Positions 22,727 through 32,518 of a stretch of DNA of 64,000 nt are shown here, one piece after another. Within the stretch, counting starts at the first letter, position 1, and each line of letters starts with the position of its first letter. Below the pieces are notes generated by a model. The model searched no databases, was not told where the DNA came from, and saw nothing but the letters and a program-made list of their open reading frames with translations. The DNA is taken from contig OZ254086.1 of NCBI GenBank assembly GCA_965267575.1, positions 1,056,001 through 1,120,000 of the forward strand. Reading direction: 5' to 3'. Source of the stretch: Calditrichales bacterium (GTDB lineage: Bacteria; Calditrichota; Calditrichia; Calditrichales; J004). A program made the translations under genes and the position numbers.

Positions 22727-22762
22727 AATTAACGACGGCGGATTCAAAAACAAGTTGGAAAA

Positions 22763-25180
22763 ATGTTCGAAGCTGCCGTTGAACAAAAACAACTCTGCTA
22801 CCATTGCGGGGAACTCTGCCGGGATGAATGCATCGAGGCCGGGGGCAAACACTTCTGCTGCCCCGGGTGCAAGATGGTTTATGAGATCCTGGAAGAAAAC
22901 AATCTCTGCACTTACTACGACCTGGAACAGACACCGGGCAAAACCGCCACTCCTTTGGCGCGTGATAAATTTGCCTGGCTGGATGATCCCGGCACTGTCG
23001 ACCGCCTGCTGGATTTTCGTGAAGGCAGCATTTGCAAGGTCACTTTTTTCATTCCATCCATACATTGCAGTTCCTGTATCTGGCTGCTGGAGAAGCTGTA
23101 CAAGCTCAATCCCGGCGTTCAGCAATCGCAGGTAAATTTTCTGAAAAAGCAGGTCAGCATCACCTATGACAGTGCGCAGGTTTCGCTGCGCCGGATTGTG
23201 GAGCTGCTGGCGTCGATCGCTTATGAGCCACAGATCAATCTGGGCGATCTCGAAAAAAACATTCAAAAAGACCGCCGCCGTATTTTATGGTTTAAGATCG
23301 GCCTGGCGGGATTCGCTTTCGGCAATTCGATGTTGCTGAGCTTTCCGGAGTACCTGGACGGTGCCGGAGCACTGACGCCGACGATGCGTGTGTGGTTTGG
23401 TTACCTGAACATCGCTTTAAGCATTCCGGTTCTTTTCTTCAGCGCCGCGGAATTTTACCAATCGGCCTGGGGCGGACTAAAAAAACGCATGCTGAACATT
23501 GATGTACCCATAGCGCTTGGTATTTCGGTTCTGCTGGTGCGTAGCATTTTCGACATCGTTACAGGTATGGGCGCCGGTTACCTGGACAGTTTTAACGGCC
23601 TGGTGTTCTTTTTGCTGATTGGCCGCCTGTTCCAGGAAAAGACCTATGCCACGCTCTCCTTCGAGCGCAATTACAAATCTTATTTCCCGGTATCGGTCAG
23701 CGTGGAGCGAGAAAGCAAAACGGAAGTGATTCCGCTCTCCAAGCTTCAGATAGGGGACGTGCTTGTGCTGCGCAACCAGGAGTTGATCCCGGCGGACAGC
23801 ATCCTGCTTTCCGATAACAGCGCCATTGATTACAGCTTTGTGACCGGCGAAAGTGATCCGGTAAGCAAGACACAAAATGAACTGCTCTATGCCGGGGGAC
23901 GGGTAACCGGGTCCAGCATTCGCGTGCGTACGGTAAAGAAGGTATCGCAAAGCTATTTAACACAACTGTGGAACAGCGACGCCTCCGGTGAAGATGAGGC
24001 CGGCCGCCTGGGTCGCCTTTCCGATGCGGTTGGCCGCTGGTTTACCTGGGCCATTCTGAGCATTGCCGCTGTTGCCGCCATGTACTGGCTGCCACAGGAT
24101 TGGCACATGGCTATCGATGTGGTATCGGCCATCCTGATCGTGGCCTGCCCCTGTGCGCTGGCCCTGGCCATACCATTCACGTTCGGCAACGCCATGCGGG
24201 TGCTGGGCCGCAATGATTTTTACCTAAAAAATATAACTGTTATTGAAAAACTGCATTCCATCACGCACATCGTGTTCGATAAAACCGGCACGCTTACCTG
24301 GCAAAAGGAACCGGAAATTCGTTTTACAGGGACGTTAAGCAGGGAAGAAGAAAGCCTGGTACGCAGCTTGGTTTATCATTCTATTCATCCGCTAAGCCGT
24401 ATGCTTGCGGCACATCTGGAACAAGCAGCTTTGCATGATGTGCGTGATTTTTCTGAAATCCCGGGGCTGGGCCTGGAGGGCACGGTCCGCGGTACACGCG
24501 TGCGGGTGGGCAGCGCCGTCTGGTGCAGCGCCTCCCACAGGGATGAACAGGAAGACAGCGGAAGTCATATTCAGATTAACGGTCAATACAAAGGATGTTT
24601 TGTCATCCGTAACCGTTACCGTGAGGGATTAAATGAAGTTCTGCGTCAGCTGGCCCGGCGATTTACCCTGGCTCTGCTTTCGGGAGATACGGATCGCGAG
24701 AAAGGGTATTTACGGCAGCTCTTTCGTCGGGCCGGCAGCGACGCAGAAATATTGTTCAACCAAAGTCCACACAACAAACAAGATTTTATATTGCGTCATC
24801 AGCAGGCTGGTGCCAGAACGCTAATGATTGGGGATGGCCTGAATGATGCGGGCGCTCTGAAAAAGAGCAATTTAGGCATCTCCATTGCGGAGGACGTCAA
24901 CGCGTTTTCACCGGCCTGTGACGCAATATTAAAAGCTAAAAGTTTTCGATTTCTCCCCCGCTTTATCCGTTACGCGGATTACAGCTATATCATCGTTTGG
25001 GCCGCTTTTGTGCTCTCGTTTCTTTACAACATCGTCGGCCTCAGTTTTGCCGTGCGCGGTGATCTTTCGCCGATCATTGCGGCGATTCTGATGCCGCTGA
25101 GCAGTATTTCCGTTGTGCTTTTCGCCACGCTGGGCACGCGTGCCGTCGCCTGGAAAATGGGGCTGCATTCGTGGAAGTAA
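22763..25180 (+). CDS. ccoI: CcoI/FixI-type Cu-translocating P1B ATPase
   Basis: CYHCG...FCCPGC metal-binding N-terminus, CSSC HMA domain, TGES, CPC, DKTGT and GDGLND; first gene of the cco cluster. Confidence 0.92.
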   Translation: MFEAAVEQKQLCYHCGELCRDECIEAGGKHFCCPGCKMVYEILEENNLCTYYDLEQTPGKTATPLARDKFAWLDDPGTVDRLLDFREGSICKVTFFIPSIHCSSCIWLLEKLYKLNPGVQQSQVNFLKKQVSITYDSAQVSLRRIVELLASIAYEPQINLGDLEKNIQKDRRRILWFKIGLAGFAFGNSMLLSFPEYLDGAGALTPTMRVWFGYLNIALSIPVLFFSAAEFYQSAWGGLKKRMLNIDVPIALGISVLLVRSIFDIVTGMGAGYLDSFNGLVFFLLIGRLFQEKTYATLSFERNYKSYFPVSVSVERESKTEVIPLSKLQIGDVLVLRNQELIPADSILLSDNSAIDYSFVTGESDPVSKTQNELLYAGGRVTGSSIRVRTVKKVSQSYLTQLWNSDASGEDEAGRLGRLSDAVGRWFTWAILSIAAVAAMYWLPQDWHMAIDVVSAILIVACPCALALAIPFTFGNAMRVLGRNDFYLKNITVIEKLHSITHIVFDKTGTLTWQKEPEIRFTGTLSREEESLVRSLVYHSIHPLSRMLAAHLEQAALHDVRDFSEIPGLGLEGTVRGTRVRVGSAVWCSASHRDEQEDSGSHIQINGQYKGCFVIRNRYREGLNEVLRQLARRFTLALLSGDTDREKGYLRQLFRRAGSDAEILFNQSPHNKQDFILRHQQAGARTLMIGDGLNDAGALKKSNLGISIAEDVNAFSPACDAILKAKSFRFLPRFIRYADYSYIIVWAAFVLSFLYNIVGLSFAVRGDLSPIIAAILMPLSSISVVLFATLGTRAVAWKMGLHSWK

Positions 25181-25335
25181 TCATCGTTTTAATTATTGCC
25201 AGTCTGCTGGTTGCCGGGGGCTTCCTGATAGCCTTTTTCCTGTCCGTGAAGAACGGGCAATATGACGATACCGTCACGCCATCGATGCGTGTTCTTTTTG
25301 ATGACAACATTAACAATGACAAAAACAAGGAGTAA
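25171..25335 (+). CDS. ccoS: cbb3 oxidase maturation protein CcoS
   Basis: Hand translation MEVIIVLIIASLLVAGGFLIAFFLSVKNGQYDDTVTPSMRVLFDD... with the GQYDD motif; below the ORF-track cutoff. Confidence 0.9.
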   Translation: MEVIIVLIIASLLVAGGFLIAFFLSVKNGQYDDTVTPSMRVLFDDNINNDKNKE

Positions 25336-27471
25336 GTGAGTATGGCGGTAGAGACCTTCTACTACGATAACCGCATCGTCCGCAACTTCTCGCTGGCCAC
25401 CCTGGTTTGGGGTGTCGTCGGCATGCTTGTCGGACTGATCGCGGCCATTCAGCTATACCTGCCGGATCTGAACCTGGGACTGCCTTATACCACGTTCGGC
25501 CGGCTGCGTCCGTTGCACACAAACGCCGTTATCTTCGCGTTTGCGGGTAACGCCATTTTTACAGGGATTTACTATTCACTGCAGCGCCTGTGCCGCGCGC
25601 GCATGTACAGCGATTTGCTCAGCAAGATCCATTTCTGGGGCTGGCAGTTTATCATCGTGCTGGCGGCGGTAACGCTGGTACTTGGCTTTACCACAAGCAA
25701 GGAATACGCCGAGCTGGAATGGCCGATCGACATCCTGATCACGCTGGTCTGGGTTGTTTTCGCCATCAATATGTTTGGTACGATCGTTAAACGCCGCGAG
25801 CGCCATATGTACGTTGCCATCTGGTTTTATATCGCCACGGTAGTTACGGTGGCCGTGCTGCACATCGTTAACTCCTTTGAAATTCCCGTCTCTTTCTGGA
25901 AGAGCTACCCGATTTACGCCGGTGTACAGGACGCGCTGGTGCAGTGGTGGTACGGTCACAATGCCGTGGCTTTCTTTCTGACCACGCCGTTCCTGGGCAT
26001 GATGTATTACTTCCTGCCCAAGGCTGCCAATCGTCCGGTGTTTTCCTACCGTCTCTCCATCGTACACTTCTGGTCGCTCATTTTCATTTATATCTGGGCC
26101 GGTCCGCACCATCTTATCTACACCGCTTTGCCGGATTGGGCGCAGACGCTGGGAACGGTCTTTTCCATTATGCTGATTGCGCCATCCTGGGGTGGCATGC
26201 TTAACGGGCTGCTCACCCTGCGCGGCGCCTGGGACAAGGTGCGCGAAGAGCCGATGCTTAAATTTATGGTGGTGGCGGTTACCGCTTACGGTATGGCCAC
26301 CTTCGAAGGACCGATGCTTTCCATCAAAAGCATCAACGCGCTTACACACTACACGGACTGGACCATTGCCCACGTTCATATCGGCGCTTTGGGCTGGAAC
26401 GGTTTTCTGACCTTTGGTATGCTTTACTGGCTGGTCCCCAAAATTTTCCAAACAAACCTTTATTCCAAAAAGCTGGCCAACGTCCATTTCTGGATGGGCA
26501 CGCTGGGTATCGTTTTTTACGCCCTGCCGATGTACTGGGCCGGTTTAACCGAAGGCCTGATGTGGAAGCAGTTTACTTCCGAAGGCATTCTACAGTACCC
26601 CAACTTCCTGGAAACGGTTCTGCAGGTGGTACCGATGTACATTGTGCGCTCCATCGGCGGTTTACTCTATCTCAGCAGTGTGATCCTTGGCGGCTATGTG
26701 CTGCTTAAGACGGCCAAAACCGGCAGCCTGCTGGCCCAGGAAAAAGCCGAAGCGCCGGCGCTGGAACGCGAACACGATCCCAAAGCGGAACGCGCCTACT
26801 GGCACCGCTGGATTGAAAGCCGCCCCACACAATTCGTCGCTGCAACAACGGTTCTCATCCTGATTGGCGGCGTTGTTGAAATGGTGCCCACTTACCTGGT
26901 GAAATCCAATGTGCCGACTATTGCCAGTGTTAAGCCCTACACACCTCTGGAACTGGAAGGCCGCGATATTTACATCCGTGAAGGCTGCAACAACTGCCAC
27001 TCACAGATGGTGCGTCCTTTCCGCTCGGAGACGGAGCGCTACGGCGAATACTCCAAGGCCGGTGAATTTGTATATGACCATCCCTTCCTGTGGGGCTCCA
27101 AACGTACCGGGCCGGATCTGCATCGCGTAGGCGGCAAATACCCCGACGCCTGGCATTACAACCACATGCTCGATCCGACATCCATGTCGCCGGGCTCGCT
27201 GATGCCGCCCTATCCATGGTTGATCGAAGACGAACTGGATACATCGGACCTGCTGGCGAAGATCGACGCCATGCGCAGCCTGGGTGTGCCCTACTCCGAT
27301 AATTTCAATGCCATTGCCATGGCCGACCTGCAAAACCAGGCACAGCAAATTGCCAATGGCCTTAAAGATGCCGGCATCAACAGCGCCCCGGACAAAGAGA
27401 TAATCGCTTTGATTGCCTACCTGCAGAGACTGGGCACGGACATCAAGGCCGGTAAAATGGCGGGACAATAG
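25336..27471 (+). CDS. ccoN: cbb3-type cytochrome c oxidase subunits I/II, fused CcoNO
   Basis: FGRLRPLHTN, QWWYGHNAV, WAGPHH and AHVH motifs, then the CcoO motif EGCNNCHSQMVRP...GSKRTGPDL. Alternative start ATG 25342. Confidence 0.97.
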   Translation: MSMAVETFYYDNRIVRNFSLATLVWGVVGMLVGLIAAIQLYLPDLNLGLPYTTFGRLRPLHTNAVIFAFAGNAIFTGIYYSLQRLCRARMYSDLLSKIHFWGWQFIIVLAAVTLVLGFTTSKEYAELEWPIDILITLVWVVFAINMFGTIVKRRERHMYVAIWFYIATVVTVAVLHIVNSFEIPVSFWKSYPIYAGVQDALVQWWYGHNAVAFFLTTPFLGMMYYFLPKAANRPVFSYRLSIVHFWSLIFIYIWAGPHHLIYTALPDWAQTLGTVFSIMLIAPSWGGMLNGLLTLRGAWDKVREEPMLKFMVVAVTAYGMATFEGPMLSIKSINALTHYTDWTIAHVHIGALGWNGFLTFGMLYWLVPKIFQTNLYSKKLANVHFWMGTLGIVFYALPMYWAGLTEGLMWKQFTSEGILQYPNFLETVLQVVPMYIVRSIGGLLYLSSVILGGYVLLKTAKTGSLLAQEKAEAPALEREHDPKAERAYWHRWIESRPTQFVAATTVLILIGGVVEMVPTYLVKSNVPTIASVKPYTPLELEGRDIYIREGCNNCHSQMVRPFRSETERYGEYSKAGEFVYDHPFLWGSKRTGPDLHRVGGKYPDAWHYNHMLDPTSMSPGSLMPPYPWLIEDELDTSDLLAKIDAMRSLGVPYSDNFNAIAMADLQNQAQQIANGLKDAGINSAPDKEIIALIAYLQRLGTDIKAGKMAGQ

Positions 27472-27479
27472 GAGGTGCT

Positions 27480-27656
27480 ATGTTCCGAAACATTCTGGAA
27501 ACCATTCAAGGTATCGAGGTTTTTCCTATGATTTCACTTATGATTTTTACGGTCGTGTTTGGGTCGGTTCTGATCTGGATATTCAGCATGGACAAGAGCC
27601 GTCTGCAGCACATGGAAAATATGCCGCTTAATGATGACATATCCGGAGAAAATTAA
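27480..27656 (+). CDS. ccoQ: cbb3 oxidase small subunit, CcoQ-like
   Basis: Hand translation MFRNILETIQGIEVFPMISLMIFTVVFGSVLIWIFSMDKSRLQHMENMPLNDD...; GGAGG RBS; lies between ccoO and ccoP. Confidence 0.85.
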   Translation: MFRNILETIQGIEVFPMISLMIFTVVFGSVLIWIFSMDKSRLQHMENMPLNDDISGEN

Positions 27657-27658
27657 TT

Positions 27659-28354
27659 ATGGCTGATGAAAAAAAATACGAAGAAGAAGATAAGCTGCTC
27701 GATCACGAGTACGACGGCATCCGCGAGCTGGACAACAATCTGCCGCCGTGGTGGCTGAATCTGTTCTATATAACAATCGTCTGGAGCGTACTGTATGTTC
27801 TTTATTACCATGTCTTCTCCATTGGCGATCTTTCGGCCACGGAATATTTGCGTGAGATGAATCCGAACTACGTGGAACAGAAAGAAGATGTTATTTTGGA
27901 AGGCTACCGTTCGCCGTGGGTAAGCGATAAAGCGGAGATCACGCCTTACAAGCGGGCCAATGATCCGCAACTGGCAGATTTGTATGAAGCTGCCGAAACG
28001 GAGGAAGCCGCTATGGCCGAAGCGGAGGAAGATGTGACCTACGAACCGACCTCCGACGCGGCACGCCTGGCTAACGGCGCGCAGCTCTATCAGGTCAACT
28101 GCGCCAGCTGCCATGGCCAGCAGGGCGGCGGCGGCATCGGACCAAATCTTACAGATAGCTACTGGGTCAATGGCGACGGCAGCTTTACGGAAATCGTAAA
28201 AGTTGTACAAAACGGCGTACCCGTAAAGGGGATGATCGCATGGAAAGGCCTCCTGTCGCAGAAAGAGATCATCGACGTTTCGAGTCATGTGGAAACGCTG
28301 CAGGGAACCAATCCGCCCAACGCCAAAGCGCCACAGGGTACGCAATACGAGTGA
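27659..28354 (+). CDS. ccoP: cbb3 oxidase subunit III, monoheme CcoP
   Basis: DHEYDGIRELDNNLPPWW N-terminus, a single CASCH, GPNLTD and GMIAW. Confidence 0.93.
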   Translation: MADEKKYEEEDKLLDHEYDGIRELDNNLPPWWLNLFYITIVWSVLYVLYYHVFSIGDLSATEYLREMNPNYVEQKEDVILEGYRSPWVSDKAEITPYKRANDPQLADLYEAAETEEAAMAEAEEDVTYEPTSDAARLANGAQLYQVNCASCHGQQGGGGIGPNLTDSYWVNGDGSFTEIVKVVQNGVPVKGMIAWKGLLSQKEIIDVSSHVETLQGTNPPNAKAPQGTQYE

Positions 28355-28365
28355 GGTGACGGATA

Positions 28366-29814
28366 ATGTCCGCTGAAACAGGAACAAAGCAGAATAAAAA
28401 CGGCAACGACCAGAGCTTTCGCGACTCCATCGCCACGGTGGATAAGGGAGGCAAGCGCGTTTGGATTTATCCCAAAAAACCAAAGGGGAGATTCTATAAT
28501 GCACGCACATGGGTCAGCCTGTTCCTGCTGGCGATCTTCTTTGCCGGACCGTTTATAGATGTGAACGGCCAGCCGCTGCTGCTGCTCAATTTCCTTGAGC
28601 GCAAGTTCATAATCTTCGGGCTGGCCTTCTGGCCGCAGGATTTTCATCTGTTTCTGCTGGCGACGATAACCTTTGTTGTATTTGTGGTATTGTTCACCGC
28701 CGTTTTCGGGCGCGTCTGGTGCGGCTGGGCCTGCCCGCAAACCGTCTTTATGGAGATGGTTTTCCGTAAAATTGAATACTGGATAGAAGGCGACGCCCGC
28801 CAGCAGCGCAAGCTGAACGCCCAACCATGGAATGCCGAAAAGGTTTTCAAAAAAAGCAGTAAGCAAATCATATTTTTTACGATTGCTTTTCTGATCGGCA
28901 ATATGTTTATGGCTTACGTGGTGGGTGATGAACGGTTGATCGAGATCATCACGGCTCCGCCAACGGAGAACCTGGCCGGCTTTATCGCCGTGATGGTGTT
29001 CAGCGGCATTTTCTACTTCATCTTTTCCTGGTTCCGTGAGCAGGCCTGCGTTATCGTTTGTCCCTATGGCCGCTTTCAATCCGTTCTTCTGGATAAAAAC
29101 AGCGTGGTTGTTTCCTACGATTTTGTTCGTGGTGAAAAGCGAGGCAAACTGAGCAAGGGGCTGCCAACCATCCCCGACCAGGGCGATTGTATTGATTGCC
29201 ACCAGTGCGTCGATGTCTGCCCCACCGGCATCGACATCCGCAATGGCACGCAGCTTGAGTGCGTTAACTGCACCGCCTGCATTGATGCCTGCGACAACAT
29301 TATGGACAAGATCAATAAGCCGCGCGGGCTGATCCGTTTCGCTTCCTACAACCAGATCACCACGGATGACAAACGCGTTTTCACGCCACGGGTGATCGCT
29401 TATTCGGTTGTTTTGGTGGCCTTGCTGGGTATTTTGACCAGCCTGCTGCTTACCCGCAGCCCCATAGAAACAACTATTCTTCGCGCGCCGGGATCGCTTT
29501 ACACAACGCTGCCCAATGGCAATCTCAGCAATCTCTATTCCGTAAAGATCGTTAACAAGACTTTTGATGAAATGCCGCTCGAGCTGCGTCTGAAAAACCG
29601 CGAGGGCAAATTAACACTGGCCGGTTCGTCGCTGGTGATCCCGCCGGATGACCTGGTGGAATCGGCGCTGATCGTAGAGCTGCAGCCGCAGGATTTGTCG
29701 GCAGGCAAAAACCCGCTGGTCATTGAAATTATGTCCGGCGGAGAAATAATAGACGAAGTAAAAACGGGCTTTCTGGCCCCGGGAGGAACCAACAATGCCA
29801 ACAGCATCCAATAA
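28366..29814 (+). CDS. ccoG: cbb3 accessory 4Fe-4S membrane protein CcoG/FixG
   Basis: GRVWCGWACPQT, CPYGRFQ and CIDCHQCVDVCPTGIDIRNGTQLECVNCTACIDAC. Confidence 0.96.
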   Translation: MSAETGTKQNKNGNDQSFRDSIATVDKGGKRVWIYPKKPKGRFYNARTWVSLFLLAIFFAGPFIDVNGQPLLLLNFLERKFIIFGLAFWPQDFHLFLLATITFVVFVVLFTAVFGRVWCGWACPQTVFMEMVFRKIEYWIEGDARQQRKLNAQPWNAEKVFKKSSKQIIFFTIAFLIGNMFMAYVVGDERLIEIITAPPTENLAGFIAVMVFSGIFYFIFSWFREQACVIVCPYGRFQSVLLDKNSVVVSYDFVRGEKRGKLSKGLPTIPDQGDCIDCHQCVDVCPTGIDIRNGTQLECVNCTACIDACDNIMDKINKPRGLIRFASYNQITTDDKRVFTPRVIAYSVVLVALLGILTSLLLTRSPIETTILRAPGSLYTTLPNGNLSNLYSVKIVNKTFDEMPLELRLKNREGKLTLAGSSLVIPPDDLVESALIVELQPQDLSAGKNPLVIEIMSGGEIIDEVKTGFLAPGGTNNANSIQ

Positions 29815-30256
29815 AAGCGGCCGCAGATGGCCGTGGGTCATCGGCGGTATTTACGTTCTTTTTATGATTGCCATGCTGGTTGTTCTGGCCTGGTCCACCA
29901 CGCAACGCGTCGATTTGGTTACACCCGACTACTATGCCAAAACACTGACCTACGAGCAGCAGATTGAGCGCATGAACAATGCCGCCGCTCTGAGCAGCGT
30001 TCCGACAATAGAAATAAGACAATCCATGCTTACGCTGACCATGCCCGACGAGGCACGTGACGGTAAGGCAAAAGGAAACGTTACCCTGTTCCGTCCTTCC
30101 AACGCGCAAATTGATGTGACTGTGCCGCTTTCCTGTGACGCGCAGGGCCGCCAATACTTGCCCGTGGAGGGCTTGCCTCGAGGATTATGGCGCATAAAAA
30201 TAGCCTGGCAGGACGCCGAAAAAGAGTACTATTTTGAGGAGGCTGTGAATCTCTGA
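29795..30256 (+). CDS. ccoH: FixH/CcoH-family protein
   Basis: One TM segment, DLVTPDYY, LFRPS...D and GLWRIKIAW; follows ccoG. Confidence 0.85.
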   Translation: MPTASNKSGRRWPWVIGGIYVLFMIAMLVVLAWSTTQRVDLVTPDYYAKTLTYEQQIERMNNAAALSSVPTIEIRQSMLTLTMPDEARDGKAKGNVTLFRPSNAQIDVTVPLSCDAQGRQYLPVEGLPRGLWRIKIAWQDAEKEYYFEEAVNL

Positions 30257-30954
30257 TGGAAGTGGCCGCTTTGATGCTTGGATTTGTGGGTGGCCTGCAC
30301 TGCGTAGGCATGTGCGGACCGCTGGTGCTCGCCCTGCCTAAAAACGCCGCGCACAACCGCTGGCAATACTGGCTTGGTCGTCTAACCTACAACAGCGGGC
30401 GCGTTGTCACCTATGCCCTGATGGGTGCCGTGGCCGGCGCCGTGGGTCAGGTTGTTTCGCTGGCCGGCTACCAGACGGTGTTGAGCCTGGTTCTGGGCAC
30501 GCTGCTTATTCTCTCCTTTTTTCTGCCTTTCAGCCGTATAGGTTTGGGCATCAGCAATTCAACGATCTGGAAAAAATCCCTGGGCGCGTTATTCCGTAAA
30601 AAATCATTTTCGGCGCTGGCCGGCATTGGCCTGCTGAACGGCTTTTTGCCCTGCGGACTAGTTTACGCCGCCCTGGCCGGTGCCGCCGGAACGGGCACAA
30701 TCCTAAACGGCGTAATTTTTATGAGTCTCTTTGGCATCGCGACAGCACCGGCGCTGCTGGCCGTGGCCATGGTTAACAGAATTAAACGTTTTGACCACAC
30801 GCGCCTTGTGCGTAAAGCCTTGCCCGCCGCGGCCCTGATCCTCGGTTTTCTGCTCATCCTGCGTGGCCTCAATCTGGGCATTCCCTATATCAGCCCGGAC
30901 CTGGAGGCCATGCCGATGATGAACAGCGGCGAGACGGAAATGCAATGTCACTAA
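30256..30954 (+). CDS. DsbD_2/TauE-like membrane protein of cco clusters
   Basis: HCVGMCGP, YNSGRVVTY and LNGFLPCGLVY motifs. Confidence 0.88.
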   Translation: MEVAALMLGFVGGLHCVGMCGPLVLALPKNAAHNRWQYWLGRLTYNSGRVVTYALMGAVAGAVGQVVSLAGYQTVLSLVLGTLLILSFFLPFSRIGLGISNSTIWKKSLGALFRKKSFSALAGIGLLNGFLPCGLVYAALAGAAGTGTILNGVIFMSLFGIATAPALLAVAMVNRIKRFDHTRLVRKALPAAALILGFLLILRGLNLGIPYISPDLEAMPMMNSGETEMQCH

Positions 30955-30986
30955 GCTTGCCCTCATGCAGGGTTGGATGGAAGCAG

Positions 30987-31017
30987 AAGGCGCCCGCGTG
31001 GCGCCTTTTGTGTTTTT
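30987..31017 (+). terminator. intrinsic terminator of the cco operon
   Basis: AAGGCGCC-loop-GGCGCCTT followed by a T-rich tail. Confidence 0.7.
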
Positions 31018-31037
31018 GGGAGAGGTCTTCCCAAAGG

Positions 31038-31064
31038 TGTCATTCCCGCGGATGCGTGAATCCA
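31038..31064. repeat. REP-like palindrome, GTCATTCC family
   Basis: TGTCATTCCCGCGGATGCGTGAATCCA. Confidence 0.7.
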
Positions 31065-31150
31065 TACTGACGGCAAATATGCTCTCATAATGAATGTGAA
31101 TTTTTTTGACGGGGATTTTGGGAGATCAACGCGGCAAGCTTCCGGACATG

Positions 31151-32518
31151 TTAGCCCTTAATGTCCAGCTCGCTCATTTTGCGGTAAAGCGAGGAGAGAC
31201 CCAGACCCAGCGCGGAAGCGGCCTCTTTTTTATCTCCGCCGTGCGCCTCCAGCACATTTAAAATATGGCGTCTTTCGAAATCATCCAGCGCCTGGCGCAG
31301 GTTTTGGGGCGTTTTCCTATCGCGGTTACGGGTCAGTTCCGGTGGCAGGTGGTGGCTTTCGATGTGTTCATCATCGCAAAAGATCATGGCCCGCTCTATG
31401 ACGTTTTCCAACTCACGAACGTTGCCCGGCCAGTCATGGTTTAAGAGATACTCCTGCGCCGCCGTGGTAACGGCTTTCACCTTTTTGTTAAGCTCCTTAT
31501 TCATGCGCTCTATAAACCAGGCCGCCAGCAGCAAAATATCGTCGCGCCGTTCCCGCAGCGGCGGTATGCGCAGCTCGATGACATTCAGCCGGAAATAGAG
31601 ATCTTCGCGGAAACGGTTTTCCTGCACTTCGCGCTGCAAGTCGCGGTTGGTGGCCGCCAGAATGCGTGCCTTAACCGGCAGCGTTTTTGTTGAACCCACC
31701 GGCATGATCTCCTGCTCCTCCAGCACGCGCAGCAATTTCACCTGCAGGTTAACCGGAATCGTCGAAATCTCATCCAGGAAAAGCGTGCCCGAGCCGGCGG
31801 CATGAAACAATCCTTCCTTATCTTTCACCGCTCCCGTAAAAGAGCCTTTTACGTGGCCAAACAGCTCACTCTCAATGAGGTTGTCGGGAATGGCGCCGCA
31901 GTTTACTGCCATAAAAGGATTTCGCGCGCGTTCGCTGTTTTCATGTATCAGGCGGGCAACAACCTCTTTGCCGGTGCCGCTTTCCCCGCTGATAAGCACG
32001 TTGGAAGGCGTGGGCGCAATGCGTCCGATAAGCGCCCGTATTTCCTGGGCGCTGCGGCTGTTGCCTACAAAATTGTGCCGTTCGCTCTGCAGCTCTTTAA
32101 GTTGCTTTTTAAGACTGCGGTTTTCCATGGCCAGCTGGTGGCGCTCCAGCGCTTTGTCCACCACATGCAGAATATCCATTCTTTTAAACGGCTTGGTGAT
32201 AAAATCATAGGCGCCGATGCGCATGGCCTCCACTGCTTTTTCGATCGTACCGTGGCCGGTGATCATGATGAATTCACTTTCGGGGTGCGACGTCCGGAGT
32301 GAGCGCAACAGTTCCATGCCGTTCATTTCCGGCATATTCATATCGCTGATCACGAGTGCGATTTCGGTGCTGTCCAGGCAACGGCGGGCGGCTTTGCCAT
32401 TAGCCGCTTCCAGTACATTATGCCCTTCGCGCTGCAAAACTTTTTTTAACGATTGTCTTACGGAATTCTCATCATCCACGACAAGTATGTTGTGGCCGGT
32501 TAGGTCAGGCATTCTCAT
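31151..32518 (-). CDS. sigma54-dependent NtrC-family response regulator (REC-AAA-Fis HTH)
   Basis: ILVVDDE receiver, GESGTGKE, ESELFGHVKGSFTGA, RFREDLYFRLNV, WPGNVREL and a C-terminal HTH. Confidence 0.96.
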   Translation of the reverse strand: MRMPDLTGHNILVVDDENSVRQSLKKVLQREGHNVLEAANGKAARRCLDSTEIALVISDMNMPEMNGMELLRSLRTSHPESEFIMITGHGTIEKAVEAMRIGAYDFITKPFKRMDILHVVDKALERHQLAMENRSLKKQLKELQSERHNFVGNSRSAQEIRALIGRIAPTPSNVLISGESGTGKEVVARLIHENSERARNPFMAVNCGAIPDNLIESELFGHVKGSFTGAVKDKEGLFHAAGSGTLFLDEISTIPVNLQVKLLRVLEEQEIMPVGSTKTLPVKARILAATNRDLQREVQENRFREDLYFRLNVIELRIPPLRERRDDILLLAAWFIERMNKELNKKVKAVTTAAQEYLLNHDWPGNVRELENVIERAMIFCDDEHIESHHLPPELTRNRDRKTPQNLRQALDDFERRHILNVLEAHGGDKKEAASALGLGLSSLYRKMSELDIKG

